Shown in pieces: positions 19,586 to 29,732 of a DNA stretch of 64,000 bases. Origin of the DNA: a virus. The stretch lies in IMG/VR virus record IMGVR_UViG_3300034198_017445, positions 10,335 to 74,334 of that record, one strand, 5' to 3'. The notes under the pieces were generated by a model, which made no database searches, was not told the DNA's origin, and was given only the letters and a program-made list of their open reading frames with translations. Every line of letters begins with the position of its first letter. The first letter of the stretch is position 1. The position numbers were made by a program, and so were the translations under genes.

Positions 19586-20128
19586 ATGAAGTTCGACCGA
19601 AGGTTGGTTTGTAATTTGGTTTGCTTGGCGGTTTTTGGGTTGTGGATGACTTGCGTTGGAACCGCTTCGCTGGTGTTCGATCCCCATCAAGCGATGGGTT
19701 CGGATTTTGGTTACGATCCGCTTGAGATGGTCGCCGAGAACGAAGTTGGAAATGCGATCGACTTCCCTGATATGGTCATTGAGCCGGTTGCGCCTGCTCC
19801 TGTTGAGCCGTCGCCAGTTTCGCCTGCTCCTGTCGCGCCTGTTTCGTTTCCATCGGATCCATACGTCACCACGGTTTACGCTGACGGCGTTCCGGTTTCT
19901 AGTTCGGGTTCGTGCCAAAACGGAGTGTGCGCTGTCGCCACAGCTCCTGTCAGGCTTGCTGCTGGGGCTGTCCGGGTTGTAGCGTCGCCGTTCATTCATG
20001 AACCGAGACCTGTCGCGTACCCTGCTACTACTTACCGATACTCATCGTCTTCATGCAGCGGGTCTACTTCGTCTGGTTCATGCAGCGGTTCGGCGCGTCG
20101 CGTCGGTTTGTTCCGTTGGCGTCGCTAG
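19586..20128 (+). CDS. Exported/membrane-anchored Pro/Ser-rich protein
   Basis: AGGAG RBS; signal-like N-terminus; SCQNGVC motif. Confidence 0.6.
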   Translation: MKFDRRLVCNLVCLAVFGLWMTCVGTASLVFDPHQAMGSDFGYDPLEMVAENEVGNAIDFPDMVIEPVAPAPVEPSPVSPAPVAPVSFPSDPYVTTVYADGVPVSSSGSCQNGVCAVATAPVRLAAGAVRVVASPFIHEPRPVAYPATTYRYSSSSCSGSTSSGSCSGSARRVGLFRWRR

Positions 20129-20176
20129 TCTCGCAATGGTTGCACACTTTAGGCGCGGCGAAAGCCGCTTTCCTCG

Positions 20177-20209
20177 AACCCTCCCAGATTAAACCCTGGG
20201 GGGGTTTTT
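20177..20209 (+). terminator. Putative intrinsic terminator closing the late operon
   Basis: AACCCTCCCAG/CTGGGGGGGTT hairpin followed by Ts. Confidence 0.55.
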
Positions 20210-20222
20210 CGTGCCTGCTTCG

Positions 20223-20459
20223 GCGCAGCAATTAGGCGCAGCTATTCGGTGGTAATTGCTGCGCGGATAGAAAAATCTATCCAAATCTATCCGCGTTTTT
20301 CCTTGGGTTTTAATGCTTTTCCGAGTGCGAATCTATGCAAATCTATCCGCGCAGGAGATCGTTAATTAATTGCTGCGCGTCTTTTGTCTCGCGTTGTCTG
20401 GGGTTGAAGTGTAAAAATTTACACTTCGGAATCGCCCTGAAAAACCTAGAAATCTATCG
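20223..20459. repeat. Iteron-like direct and inverted repeats (possible origin/control region)
   Basis: AAATCTATCC at 20273, 20283, 20339 with variants at about 20330 and 20450; GCGCAGCAATTA at 20223 with its reverse complement at 20253 and 20367. Confidence 0.7.
20406..20446 (-). promoter_or_regulatory. Palindromic operator-like element, copy 1
   Basis: Reverse complement reads GGTTTTTCA-N9-CGAAGTGTAAATTTTTACACTTC. Confidence 0.65.
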
Positions 20460-20986
20460 AGATTCGGAGTTGCAAACCGTTTCGACACGGCTTAAAAGAA
20501 AGAACCCCCAGAGACAGTGGTTTCTCTGAGGGTTCTTGGGGACGGTCTGGCTGACCGTTCGCAAGTATACAGTGGTGCTAGGCATGGTTCAAGAGACTTA
20601 GGGACAGATCGGGATTCATCGGTATGGCGTCGCATGGTTATGCATGGCGCGGAATCGGTTACCGCGTGGCGATTAAGTTTGGCGATCTATTCTGGGCAGC
20701 GACTCGGATCCATATCCGGGGCAAGTAGGGCGAGAGCCCGAGTCGCGATTTTTCGCGGCGACAGGGGACGGGATTCGCAATCCCGCACGATCGGTAAAAA
20801 GCCAAACCAAATAAATCCGAGCAACGACTAACCTGTCGACTCGGTCCCTGGACTGGCTGAAACGATCGGCTTCGAAACGTCAACATGCGTTTCGCGTGGA
20901 TTTTCCCCACTGTGCACAACGTATCGCCGATCCTGGTCTGGGCCTATGTCCAGGGTGAAAAGGGGCGGCGCGCGCTGAGGTGGAAA

Positions 20987-21556
20987 ATGACGCTAGATTT
21001 ATCTGATGTGGTGGTGAAAGAGTCTGGAATTCTTCGGACGCGAGTTCCGGGTGGGCTCGGGTTTCGGAAGCAGCGGGGGGCTGTGTTCTCTCCGTGCGAG
21101 CGTTGGAGATACGCATTGTGGAACGTCTGGAGTGGTCACGAGGATCCCAGGATCATTGCCTACGTCGGGCTCAATCCTTCCACGGCTGACGAGATGAAAG
21201 ACGATCCTACCATCCGTCGCTGTCGTGGCTTCGCGGAAAAATGGGGCTGGGACGGGATGGTAATGCTCAATGCGTTCGCGTTCCGTTCTACGGATCCGAA
21301 AGGGTTAAAAACCATTGATGATCCGGTCGGGGCTGAGACTGATTTGTGGTTAGCACGGCTAGGACAGAGTTGCGGCGTTGTTGTCGCTTGCTGGGGCGTG
21401 CATTGCGATTTGAATCGTGAGCGTGCGGTCTGTGGGGCTATTGGTCGCAAGATGCGATGTTTTGGAAGGACAAAGGATGGAAAACCAAAGCATCCGTTGT
21501 ATTTGCCTGGAAGTAGTACTCTGATCCAATATTGGAGTGGACGTTTTGAAAGCTAA
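20987..21556 (+). CDS. DUF1643 family protein
   Basis: WRYALW, GLNPSTADE..DDPTIRRC, NAFAFRSTDP, PKHPLY. Confidence 0.85.
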   Translation: MTLDLSDVVVKESGILRTRVPGGLGFRKQRGAVFSPCERWRYALWNVWSGHEDPRIIAYVGLNPSTADEMKDDPTIRRCRGFAEKWGWDGMVMLNAFAFRSTDPKGLKTIDDPVGAETDLWLARLGQSCGVVVACWGVHCDLNRERAVCGAIGRKMRCFGRTKDGKPKHPLYLPGSSTLIQYWSGRFES

Positions 21557-22145
21557 CAAAGAGGTTTTGTGGTACACGTTGAGTGCTGGCATTATGTGCG
21601 GCGCGTACCCTGGTTCGTTCCTGAAAAACGACGCAAAGCGGAGAATCAACAAGCTGCTCAATTTGGGCGTTCGATCGTTCGTTGATCTTACCGAACAAAG
21701 GGAAGCAACCAGAAACGGTTGGCTGCGGTCGTACACGAAGGTCGATCCAATGTCGGACGAAGATATCCTGGCTGAGTGTGCCAAAAAGAAGGGTATCGTC
21801 GATTACGAGTACGCTGGGTTTCCCATCCGTGATGGTGACGTTCCTAGCTACGCTGTGGTCGATCTGGCAATGATTCGGATCCTCCGGGCGCGTTCGGAAG
21901 GCAAGATTGCCTACGTCCATTGCCGTGGTGGTATCGGTCGAACCGGGGTGATCGCTGCGATTTTCCTTGGGTGCGAGGATCTCGACTGCAATCCGCAGGA
22001 CAAGCTGGACGTGATCCGGTCGACGGCTGGCATCTTCACGCCAAGTCCGGAGAACGGGAAGCAACGCGAGTTCGTTGATCGATACCTGCAAACCTACCGG
22101 GAAAAGCGGCATAAGTTCTGGTTTTCGAAGGACGCAAAAAAATAA
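21537..22145 (+). CDS. Protein-tyrosine/dual-specificity phosphatase
   Basis: HCRGGIGRTG (CX5R) and PIRDG loop. Confidence 0.88.
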   Translation: MDVLKANKEVLWYTLSAGIMCGAYPGSFLKNDAKRRINKLLNLGVRSFVDLTEQREATRNGWLRSYTKVDPMSDEDILAECAKKKGIVDYEYAGFPIRDGDVPSYAVVDLAMIRILRARSEGKIAYVHCRGGIGRTGVIAAIFLGCEDLDCNPQDKLDVIRSTAGIFTPSPENGKQREFVDRYLQTYREKRHKFWFSKDAKK

Positions 22146-22156
22146 CGCTCAAAGTT

Positions 22157-22182
22157 GAGACTGTTTTTGTTTTTGCTCGGCT
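22157..22182 (+). promoter_or_regulatory. GAGAC-N16-CGGCT promoter-like motif (first of 9 exact copies)
   Basis: GAGAC starts at 22157, 24214, 30937, 33510, 45279, 51487, 56057, 58422, 61396; all at gene boundaries upstream of + strand genes. Confidence 0.8.
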
Positions 22183-22228
22183 TAGTAGGTGAGGCGATTT
22201 TTCAGGCTTTAACTTCCCGAGGTTTACC

Positions 22229-23716
22229 GTGACTTACGATTTTGCAAAGAGTTTCGAGCGTGCTTTTCGAGTTGGTGTTCCGTTGGTGGCTGTCGAGTCG
22301 TCGGATCCTACCGAGTCGATTCGAAAGATCTACCAGTCTGTTCGCGGAATCAACAATGCTCCCGGTGTCATTATGTGGGATTGCGTTCGCGGCGTCTCGA
22401 TCGCATCCTTGGAGGACAAGGCTGCTCAGGAAGCGTTGACGACGATTAGTGGAAACCCAAGCGATTACGTTTCCAGTCCTGTTCCGTTTCTTCTGGAGGT
22501 TCCAAAGATTCGCGAGAGGACGATCATCGTTCTTATCAATGCTCATCGGTTCATCAACGACACGATGTGCATCCAGGCGGTCAGTAATCTTCGCGACGTG
22601 TGCAAGGCTGAGAGCAAGCTGATTGTCCTGCTCGGCTGTGCGACGCTGCCTGCTGAATTGCAGCACGACGTTATCAGTTTCTCGGATCCACTTCCGGACG
22701 CTGATCGATTGCAGGCGATCGTGAGCGAGGTTTGCGATTGTGCAAGCACGGAAGTCAGCGACGAAACCGTTCGCCAGGGTGGTTCGGCTTGTTTGGGGGT
22801 GACTGGCTTTGCTGCTGAAAACCTGACCGCGCTGGCGATCGATCGTGAGGACGGCTTGAAGTTGGATCAGCTTTGGGCATCCAAGGCGAGGAAGATCAAT
22901 CAAACTCCGGGGCTGTCGGTTGTGTCAAGCACCAATGGCTACGATTCGATCGGTGGTTGCAATCAAATAAAGAAATTCTTGCGTGCAAACCTGAACGGCA
23001 AGGCGCGACCAAACGCGATCGTCTACATCGACGAAATCGAAAAGATGCTGGGTGGTTCGGGCGATACGAGTGGGGTGTCTCAGGACCAGTTGGGTCAGTT
23101 GCTTTCCTGGCTGCAGGACAAGCGAGCGACTGGGGTGATCCTGGTTGGACCCCCAGGTGCAGCCAAGTCTGCGATTGCGAAGGCTTCCGGTGCCGAGGGT
23201 AACATCCCAACGATCCAGTTGGACCTTGGTGCTACGAAGGGATCGCTGGTTGGTCAGTCTGAGCAGCAAGTTCGGGAGGCACTCAAGGTGATCGATGCGG
23301 TTTCGGGTGGTTCGACGCTGTGGGTCGCGACCTGCAATTCCTTGACGGATTTGCCCCCAGAACTAAAGCGTCGGTTCAAACTCGGGACGTGGTTCTTTGA
23401 TTTGCCCGACCTGGAAGAACGACGATCGATTTGGGAAATCTACGGCGCTCGGTATGGTATCGCCAAGGAAGATTGGCAACCGATGCTTTCGAATGAGTGG
23501 ACTGGGGCTGAGATTGAATCTTGCTGCGAGCTGGCGAGCAATCTCGGGATCCCTGTCAGCGAGTCGGCTGAATACATCGTTCCGGTCGCCAAGCAAGCCG
23601 CAGACGCGATTGCCAAACTGCGATCCGGTGCGGAGGGCAAGTTCCTATCGGCAAGCGTTCCTGGTCCTTACATGCGTCGTCAGGTGGCATCCACGGCTGG
23701 TCGTCGGATGGAGTAG
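22229..23716 (+). CDS. AAA+ ATPase (Ycf46-like)
   Basis: GPPGAAKS Walker A; YIDEIEK; SLVGQSEQ; ATCN..LPPELKRRF; FFDLP. Confidence 0.85.
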   Translation: MTYDFAKSFERAFRVGVPLVAVESSDPTESIRKIYQSVRGINNAPGVIMWDCVRGVSIASLEDKAAQEALTTISGNPSDYVSSPVPFLLEVPKIRERTIIVLINAHRFINDTMCIQAVSNLRDVCKAESKLIVLLGCATLPAELQHDVISFSDPLPDADRLQAIVSEVCDCASTEVSDETVRQGGSACLGVTGFAAENLTALAIDREDGLKLDQLWASKARKINQTPGLSVVSSTNGYDSIGGCNQIKKFLRANLNGKARPNAIVYIDEIEKMLGGSGDTSGVSQDQLGQLLSWLQDKRATGVILVGPPGAAKSAIAKASGAEGNIPTIQLDLGATKGSLVGQSEQQVREALKVIDAVSGGSTLWVATCNSLTDLPPELKRRFKLGTWFFDLPDLEERRSIWEIYGARYGIAKEDWQPMLSNEWTGAEIESCCELASNLGIPVSESAEYIVPVAKQAADAIAKLRSGAEGKFLSASVPGPYMRRQVASTAGRRME

Positions 23717-23734
23717 GCTGATTGATGGTATTCT

Positions 23735-23761
23735 GACGGTCGTTTCGGCGACCGTTTTTTT
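23735..23761 (+). terminator. Intrinsic terminator
   Basis: GACGGTCG-TTTCGG-CGACCGTT hairpin followed by a T-run. Confidence 0.7.
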
Positions 23762-23777
23762 GTGTCTGGAGGCAAGC

Positions 23778-24197
23778 GTGGAAAATCGAGAAGCATTGGA
23801 GGTCATTCGCTGCGGGGTGGAGTTGTTTCCTGACCTGCGGTCGTACTTGGCTTCGGTGGATTCTTCGGCGACGGCAGTCGGATCCTGGGCTGCTCAGATC
23901 CTCGGGCTCGATCGGTTGGATGCTATCGATGTTTTTGAGGCGTGGAGGGTTGGTGAAATCCCTCTATTTGACCGCCAGGATTGCGTTCTGTTCGGCGATG
24001 CGATCGTTGGCGCTCTGGAGGTCTTGCGCGAGCGACGGAGTTCGATGGATCGCGTTCCAGTGCGTTCCCTGTCCGACCAGTACCAAGAGATCCTGTCGCG
24101 TCGGGAGAAACCTGTTCGCGAGTACAACGCCAAGGCTGCGGAAGCGTACCGGAGATTCATGATGCGGTACTTGGCAGACCTGGCGTACCAGGAATAA
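23778..24197 (+). CDS. Hypothetical protein
   Basis: GGAGG RBS with GTG start. Confidence 0.6.
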   Translation: MENREALEVIRCGVELFPDLRSYLASVDSSATAVGSWAAQILGLDRLDAIDVFEAWRVGEIPLFDRQDCVLFGDAIVGALEVLRERRSSMDRVPVRSLSDQYQEILSRREKPVREYNAKAAEAYRRFMMRYLADLAYQE

Positions 24198-24290
24198 AAA
24201 AACAGCCAAAGTTGAGACTGTTTTTGTTTTGGCTCGGCTTAGTAGGTGTGCTGAAAGTTTCCGTGTTCAAGTTTCCCAAGGGGTTACGAA

Positions 24291-25193
24291 ATGACCAATT
24301 TTTCCGACAGGATCAAAGCTGCTACAACCGGTTGCAGGCTTTCAATCGGTTCGATGAGTGTTCGCAAGAAAATCACCGCTACCCAGCAGGCGAAGATTGC
24401 ATCTTTATTTGATGCTGAGTTGGCTTCCGTCGATGGTGGTCGCAAGATCATCAATCGTAAGTTGAAGCCCGTAGCTGAGATGTTTCGGATTCTTCGCGAG
24501 GTGCGTTCGACTTGGTTTGCCTATTCGATTCCTTACGAGCCAGGGGTGCGGTTGATTCGCGTCGATCGGGTCGAATGGATCAGCGAGACGGTTGCGAAGG
24601 CTGCTGAGGAATTGGAAGTTGCCAAGAATGAATTGCATGCTCGTTGGGATGAAGTGATCGAGGATGCTCGGACACGGCTGGGCGACCTGTTTGTCGAGTC
24701 GGATTACCAATTCGATGTTCGGGACATGGTTGGGATTGCGGTATCGTTCCCTGCGATCGAACCGGACGGACGGGTCGCTGCCCTGGCACCAGAGGTTTTT
24801 GCTGCGGAGCGTGCTCGGATTGCAGCCAAGATGGAAGAAGCGGCTGTAACTGCGGAGGCTGCTTTGCAGGCTCAGTTGCTCGAAATGGTTTCGTCTCTCG
24901 AAACGCGGCTGGTCGACGGTGAGTCCGAGGACGGCAAGAAGCGGGTGATCCGCCAGGGGGCTGTCGATGAAATCGTCGAGTTCGCCAATCGGTTTCGCGC
25001 TACGGCAATCAACAGCGATGCCCAACTGGACGAAATCGTGGAGCGTGCTAAGGCTTTGGCTTCCGGCGTGGACTTGTCGGCTGTCCGAAAGGATGCAGTC
25101 GCGAAGAAATCGCTTTCGGAATCGTTCGGCGACATCCGTAAAAACCTTGAGAATTACGTCGAAGTGAAAAAGGAAAGAAAATTCGACCTGTAG
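24291..25193 (+). CDS. DUF3150-like helical protein
   Basis: SIPY.PGVRLI and ARTRLGDLF...DY motifs; follows a promoter motif. Confidence 0.6.
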   Translation: MTNFSDRIKAATTGCRLSIGSMSVRKKITATQQAKIASLFDAELASVDGGRKIINRKLKPVAEMFRILREVRSTWFAYSIPYEPGVRLIRVDRVEWISETVAKAAEELEVAKNELHARWDEVIEDARTRLGDLFVESDYQFDVRDMVGIAVSFPAIEPDGRVAALAPEVFAAERARIAAKMEEAAVTAEAALQAQLLEMVSSLETRLVDGESEDGKKRVIRQGAVDEIVEFANRFRATAINSDAQLDEIVERAKALASGVDLSAVRKDAVAKKSLSESFGDIRKNLENYVEVKKERKFDL

Positions 25194-25239
25194 TCGCGCC
25201 CTGTTTTGGCCTGAAAACCGCCATGGTTAGTAAGGCCGA

Positions 25240-25530
25240 GTGGCTGGTTCGAAGTTCTCTCTGAAAGTTAAGAAAATGGTCGCTGCTACAAAGGTTTCTG
25301 AAATCGTCTCAGGTGTCAAGGTTGTGATCCAAACCGCAGACGGGTTGTGGTTGTCGCTCAAAAAGGACGTTGACGTTTCCGACTTCGCTCGATCGCACGG
25401 CGACTTGCCTGTCGAGGTTGCTGACTTCGATCCTCAGTTCGTGGCTTACAAATGCCCAGCGTTGCAGGCTCGCGTTGCTGCGATCTCGCACTGGATGGAC
25501 ATCGACGCTGCTCAGCACGGGGCTGATTAG
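25240..25530 (+). CDS. Hypothetical protein
   Basis: ORF in the early gene cluster. Confidence 0.5.
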   Translation: MAGSKFSLKVKKMVAATKVSEIVSGVKVVIQTADGLWLSLKKDVDVSDFARSHGDLPVEVADFDPQFVAYKCPALQARVAAISHWMDIDAAQHGAD

Positions 25531-25592
25531 CTTTTCCTGGTGGCTTGTGGCGCTGCTGTCCTGGTGGTCAGCGGCGCTTTTGGAGTGTGGTT

Positions 25593-26108
25593 ATGTCGAG
25601 TGAAGTTAAATCGAACGTAAGTCTTTCGTTTGTTGTGGATAAGTTCTCTTGGCATTCTTCTGATCGCGTTTGCGATCGGTACGGTTCGTTTGGTGTCGAA
25701 AGCGACGTTACTTTTAAGTTGCTTTCCGATCGATTTGAAAGGAAGCGAGTCAAGGTTGTTGCCAAGGTTCTTGAGGTCAAGCCGTGCGAGCACATTGGCG
25801 ACTTGTTTCACGGGTTCTTTCACACTGTTCCCGAAGTTGGCGAGGTCGCTACGCTCGGGATCGGTTCGCTTATTGTTTGTTCGGATGGTGACTATCATTT
25901 TGTTCGCATCAAACCAGAAGACTCTCGGTCAGAATTCTGGCTTGATCCGATGTTGCTGTATCGTCTCTGTCATCAGCGAGTTGAGATCACGATCGAGGAA
26001 ACCGACGAAGCTGATTTGCTATATCCGTTCTGGTTTATTGATGGCAGCAAACAGGAATGTCCTGCTTGGATCAAGCGTCTCTTGAAAAAGAAAGAAGGTG
26101 ATGCGTGA
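25593..26108 (+). CDS. Hypothetical protein
   Basis: GGAG RBS; coupled to the next gene. Confidence 0.6.
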   Translation: MSSEVKSNVSLSFVVDKFSWHSSDRVCDRYGSFGVESDVTFKLLSDRFERKRVKVVAKVLEVKPCEHIGDLFHGFFHTVPEVGEVATLGIGSLIVCSDGDYHFVRIKPEDSRSEFWLDPMLLYRLCHQRVEITIEETDEADLLYPFWFIDGSKQECPAWIKRLLKKKEGDA

Positions 26109-26434
26109 ACACAAGGGAGAAGATTCTGTACCTGCGAGATTGTGCTATCGAGTTGAGAGCGATCAGTGCAAAGCTCGATGCAATGCAGGGAGGTCTGGCA
26201 AAGAATTGCGGTGATGATTCTCTGCTTGCGAAGGACATCGAGAAGTTCGATGATGCGGTTGATGAAATCGATGACCTGATGGTTGCTGTCGAAGAATCAA
26301 AGGAGCGTTACGAGGACGAGATAGCGGAGGACGAGCACGATTGTCGTATGACCGACGATCCGATCTATCGAGATGCATGGGTCAAGTCGCAAAAGGAAAA
26401 GGAAATCGCAGAGCATGGCATCAACGAAGATTGA
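26105..26434 (+). CDS. Acidic coiled-coil hypothetical protein
   Basis: GTGA overlap. Confidence 0.55.
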   Translation: MNTREKILYLRDCAIELRAISAKLDAMQGGLAKNCGDDSLLAKDIEKFDDAVDEIDDLMVAVEESKERYEDEIAEDEHDCRMTDDPIYRDAWVKSQKEKEIAEHGINED

Positions 26435-26852
26435 AAGCGGAAAGTTTCCGCACATCGAAGGCGTCTCAAATTGCCCGTTCTGCGGTAGCGATCGGATTGT
26501 TTTGCTGGTTCGCCAGGAACGGCTAGCGATCGTTGAGCCTGGGGAGGATTCGGACGTTGATCTTCACTGGGGTGAGTGCATTAACTGCGAGGCTCGTGGT
26601 CCGTTGGTTGGGTCGTGTGACGTTGCAAAGAAGGCTTGGAACGATCGAGCTGTTGATAGGGCAAGAATTCAGGCGATGCACGAGGCGATCGCTATGGTGT
26701 ACTTCGCTGACGATAGCGACTATCTTCCGGCGTTCTATTCGATCGTTTGTTTGCTTGGTGGTGATGAGGCGAAGGATTTGCTTGTTGCAAATCCAAAAGA
26801 GGCGTATCACAAATACGATCCAGAAAAAAAGGTGAGTGATGGGCATGGCTGA
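26415..26852 (+). CDS. Lar (restriction alleviation)-like zinc-ribbon protein
   Basis: CPFCGS...CINCEARGP...AKKAWNDRA. Confidence 0.75.
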   Translation: MASTKIESGKFPHIEGVSNCPFCGSDRIVLLVRQERLAIVEPGEDSDVDLHWGECINCEARGPLVGSCDVAKKAWNDRAVDRARIQAMHEAIAMVYFADDSDYLPAFYSIVCLLGGDEAKDLLVANPKEAYHKYDPEKKVSDGHG

Positions 26853-28220
26853 GGTAAATGAAACCAAACCGGTCGACGGTGAGATCGAAGCAATCAAAAA
26901 GCAGTCGGCTGCTCGTATGGCATTGATTGAAGCGATTCAGAAAAAAGGGAGTTACTGGGAAGCTCTAGCTACAAGCGAAGCGATCGCGTTTGCCAGAAAT
27001 CCTGACGACAAAGACGCAAGGGATAGGGCGCAGCGAACAATTCTTCGCGCTGATACTTCCGAGAAGCTAGCCAAGGAAATCATCGAGTTGGTCTACAAGC
27101 ACTGGGCCATCAAGGGGGCGTCGTGAGCAAGTTCAAAGAGGCTGAGTTCGATCCTCCTGTTGCTGCGTACTACGCTTCCAAAGGTATAACTCCGGTCAAG
27201 TTTCTGGTTTGCCAAAAGCCGAACGGCGTTGTTGTCTGTGCGATAGTCACTGACGATCCAAGCGGCGAGAATGATGCTGTCGAACGGTGCGTTAGCGTAT
27301 CGGCGTCGCAGTTCGGTGTTCGTCGGATGCCTACTCGAAACGAGGTCATGAGTGCCGTGGCTGCGGTCGGTTGGGAATGGTCAAAGTGTAGCGCGATCGA
27401 GGGTAATAACGTGGTTACCGTTTATCAGTCGTGATGGGTGTTTTTATTATGGACGATAGGAGGTCGATGATGCATCAAGGTCGAAGTTCAAACGCGCAGC
27501 TTGCGTTGTGTGCTCTGCTTGCGAGCGAGATGAATCGGATGCAGGTTCCGGTTGAGCATGTTGTTGATTCAACGCGTGGTCAGCCAATCAAATCGATTCA
27601 TGCTGACGAGCGTGCGCGTCGCAAGGCTCGAAAGAAGTTAGCAAACAAATCCCGCAAGCGAAACCGAAAGGGGTAGGTGGTTCTATGGCTGGTCTTTTCA
27701 TCAACGAAATTATCAGGATGCTTTCGCCGTGGTATCGGCTTGAGTTCCGCAATCTGGAAACCGACTATGTTTTTGTACGGTTGCTCGGAGAGGACATGCA
27801 GGTCGCAAAACTAAATGACCGTTTTCTCGTTCGCAGCGTATCTCCAAATCTTTTGATGTACGAGGAAAAGACGTACAACGCCCACCGCATCGAAAAGATC
27901 CTGAACGGCTGGGTTCGAAACGATGCTGGCGATCTTGTTCATCCAGATAATGAGGCTCAGTCATGCCCGGAAATATAAGCAAAAGTCTTGAGCAGCGAGT
28001 GTTCGAGGCTTTCAAAACCGAGGATGCTCTTGTGCTTTCATTTAAAGAAGTCATCTCTCTGATGCGTGATGACGCTTTTGCTACTCGCGTGACGGCTGTG
28101 GCTGCGGAGGAGGCTGGAGTTGAGCATGATGGACATGATGCGGTCGAGGGGTATCGCGGTGGTGAAACGTGGTCGGAGTTCAAGCGTCGTCTAAAACGAG
28201 TAGCGAAGGGCAAGTCATGA
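26836..28220 (+). other. Run of five small hypothetical CDSs (26836-27126, 27123-27434, 27431-27676, 27685-27978, 27963-28220)
   Basis: Overlapping or abutting ORFs, several with RBS-like motifs. Confidence 0.55.
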
Positions 28221-28636
28221 AAGCATTAACAATTTCGCAGCCATACGCATCTCTGATCGCATCCGGCGAGAAGTGGGTCGAGAACCGAACGTGGCAGACC
28301 AGCTATCGCGGTGAGTTGGCAATCCATGCTGGGCTGGGGAGTCGGTACTTGAAGAAGGAGCAGCTTGCTGATTACCCGACCGGATGCGTGATTGCAATCG
28401 CTCGGCTGGTCGCTTGTGTGTCGGCTGCTTCAATCTCGATTCAAGGACACGACAGGAAGTTAGGTTCTGTTGTGATTCCAGGGTCCAAAGTGACGTGGCT
28501 TGAAGCCTTAACGCACAAGCATGCAGAAGGTCCATGGTGTTGGATCCTGGAGGACGTTCGAACGATCGATCCAGTTCAAGTCAGGGGTGCTCAGCAGCTT
28601 TGGGAGTTCGACTACAAGAGTGAGGTGGTGAAGTGA
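28217..28636 (+). CDS. ASCH domain protein
   Basis: MKALTISQPYASLIASGEKWVENRTW..YRGELAIHAG. Confidence 0.9.
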   Translation: MKALTISQPYASLIASGEKWVENRTWQTSYRGELAIHAGLGSRYLKKEQLADYPTGCVIAIARLVACVSAASISIQGHDRKLGSVVIPGSKVTWLEALTHKHAEGPWCWILEDVRTIDPVQVRGAQQLWEFDYKSEVVK

Positions 28637-29325
28637 CGCATTCGAGACGGGCGTTCATGGCTCGGGCTGTCGTAGCTGGCGCGGCAACGTTATACGCTCC
28701 GACCGTCTTGCTGCGAGAGAGCATCGATCGTGAGGCGATCCTTCGATCGTTTTGCGTGCGGGAGTATTGCTGTCGATACGACATTGCTGATCCGTTTTCT
28801 CAGGGTGCTTGGACCTACGCGACCGATGCGAGATGGATCGTTCGTGCTGAGTTGGTGTCCATGGTCGACGACGGCGAGCCGAAGCGAAGACCAAACGCGG
28901 AGTTGATTTGCAGTGGGCTGTGGGACGACAGCGCGGTAATGCGAGAGTTCTGCATGCCTGCTCTCGATCATCTTGTGGAGGGGTACGAAGATTGTCCTGT
29001 ATGCAAGGGGCGGCGCATTGATGTGCGCGATAACTGGACTGCCTACACTGGCGATCTTGATTTCGATCCTGATGACGGAACCATTGCTGACCGATCGTGT
29101 GCTTGGTGCTGGGATCCGGTAAAGAAAAAAACTAAGAGCAAGATCAAAAGTTGCGTCATGTTTGGCGATAAGGTTTTTGGTGCCAATCGCCTAGCCAACA
29201 TTCTTTCGATTCCGGACGTGCGCATCGCGGAAGTTTCGCGAAAGGGTGCGTTCGAGGATTCAGGTCTTATTCAGTTCGAAGGTTCTGGTTTCAGCGGATT
29301 TATGACTGGAATGAAGTATGAGTGA
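28633..29325 (+). CDS. Hypothetical protein with CxxC pairs and a twin-arginine-like N-terminus
   Basis: SRRAFM; CPVC; CAWC. Confidence 0.6.
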   Translation: MTHSRRAFMARAVVAGAATLYAPTVLLRESIDREAILRSFCVREYCCRYDIADPFSQGAWTYATDARWIVRAELVSMVDDGEPKRRPNAELICSGLWDDSAVMREFCMPALDHLVEGYEDCPVCKGRRIDVRDNWTAYTGDLDFDPDDGTIADRSCAWCWDPVKKKTKSKIKSCVMFGDKVFGANRLANILSIPDVRIAEVSRKGAFEDSGLIQFEGSGFSGFMTGMKYE

Positions 29326-29695
29326 AGCACACGAAAGAAGATGCTTTGACTGCGGAAACGTCACGCAGCATTCGAGCAGCATTGTGCCTGGGGTGCTCTG
29401 CAAGAAGTGCGGAAGTCAGGATACGCGACGGGTCAAGGAGGCTTCTAGTCCATCGCGCAACTATCTCAATGATCCGAAGTTCGAGAAACGAATGATTCTG
29501 TTTTTTTATTGGGCGATGTGTTGGCATCGGCAGTCTGGAGGATATCTTGCTTCCGATACGTCGCTGATGTTGATGCACGTCACGGCGTATATTGTCGAGA
29601 TGGCTGCGAACCATCCAGAGATGAAATGTTTTTTGCCCGAAGAAAACGAGGGACCGATGAGTCATCAAGCACAACCGGTTCCTCCGTCCGTTTAG
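29318..29695 (+). CDS. Zinc-ribbon hypothetical protein
   Basis: CFDC...CKKC. Confidence 0.55.
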   Translation: MSEAHERRCFDCGNVTQHSSSIVPGVLCKKCGSQDTRRVKEASSPSRNYLNDPKFEKRMILFFYWAMCWHRQSGGYLASDTSLMLMHVTAYIVEMAANHPEMKCFLPEENEGPMSHQAQPVPPSV

Positions 29696-29732
29696 CGATC
29701 GGTACAACCGATCCGAAAGAAAGAGGCTTGAA

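Noticed and set aside
20213-20240. Possible lone array unit (GCCTGCTTCGGCGC...)
   Set aside because: GGC is not at the required position and no 6-bp stem forms
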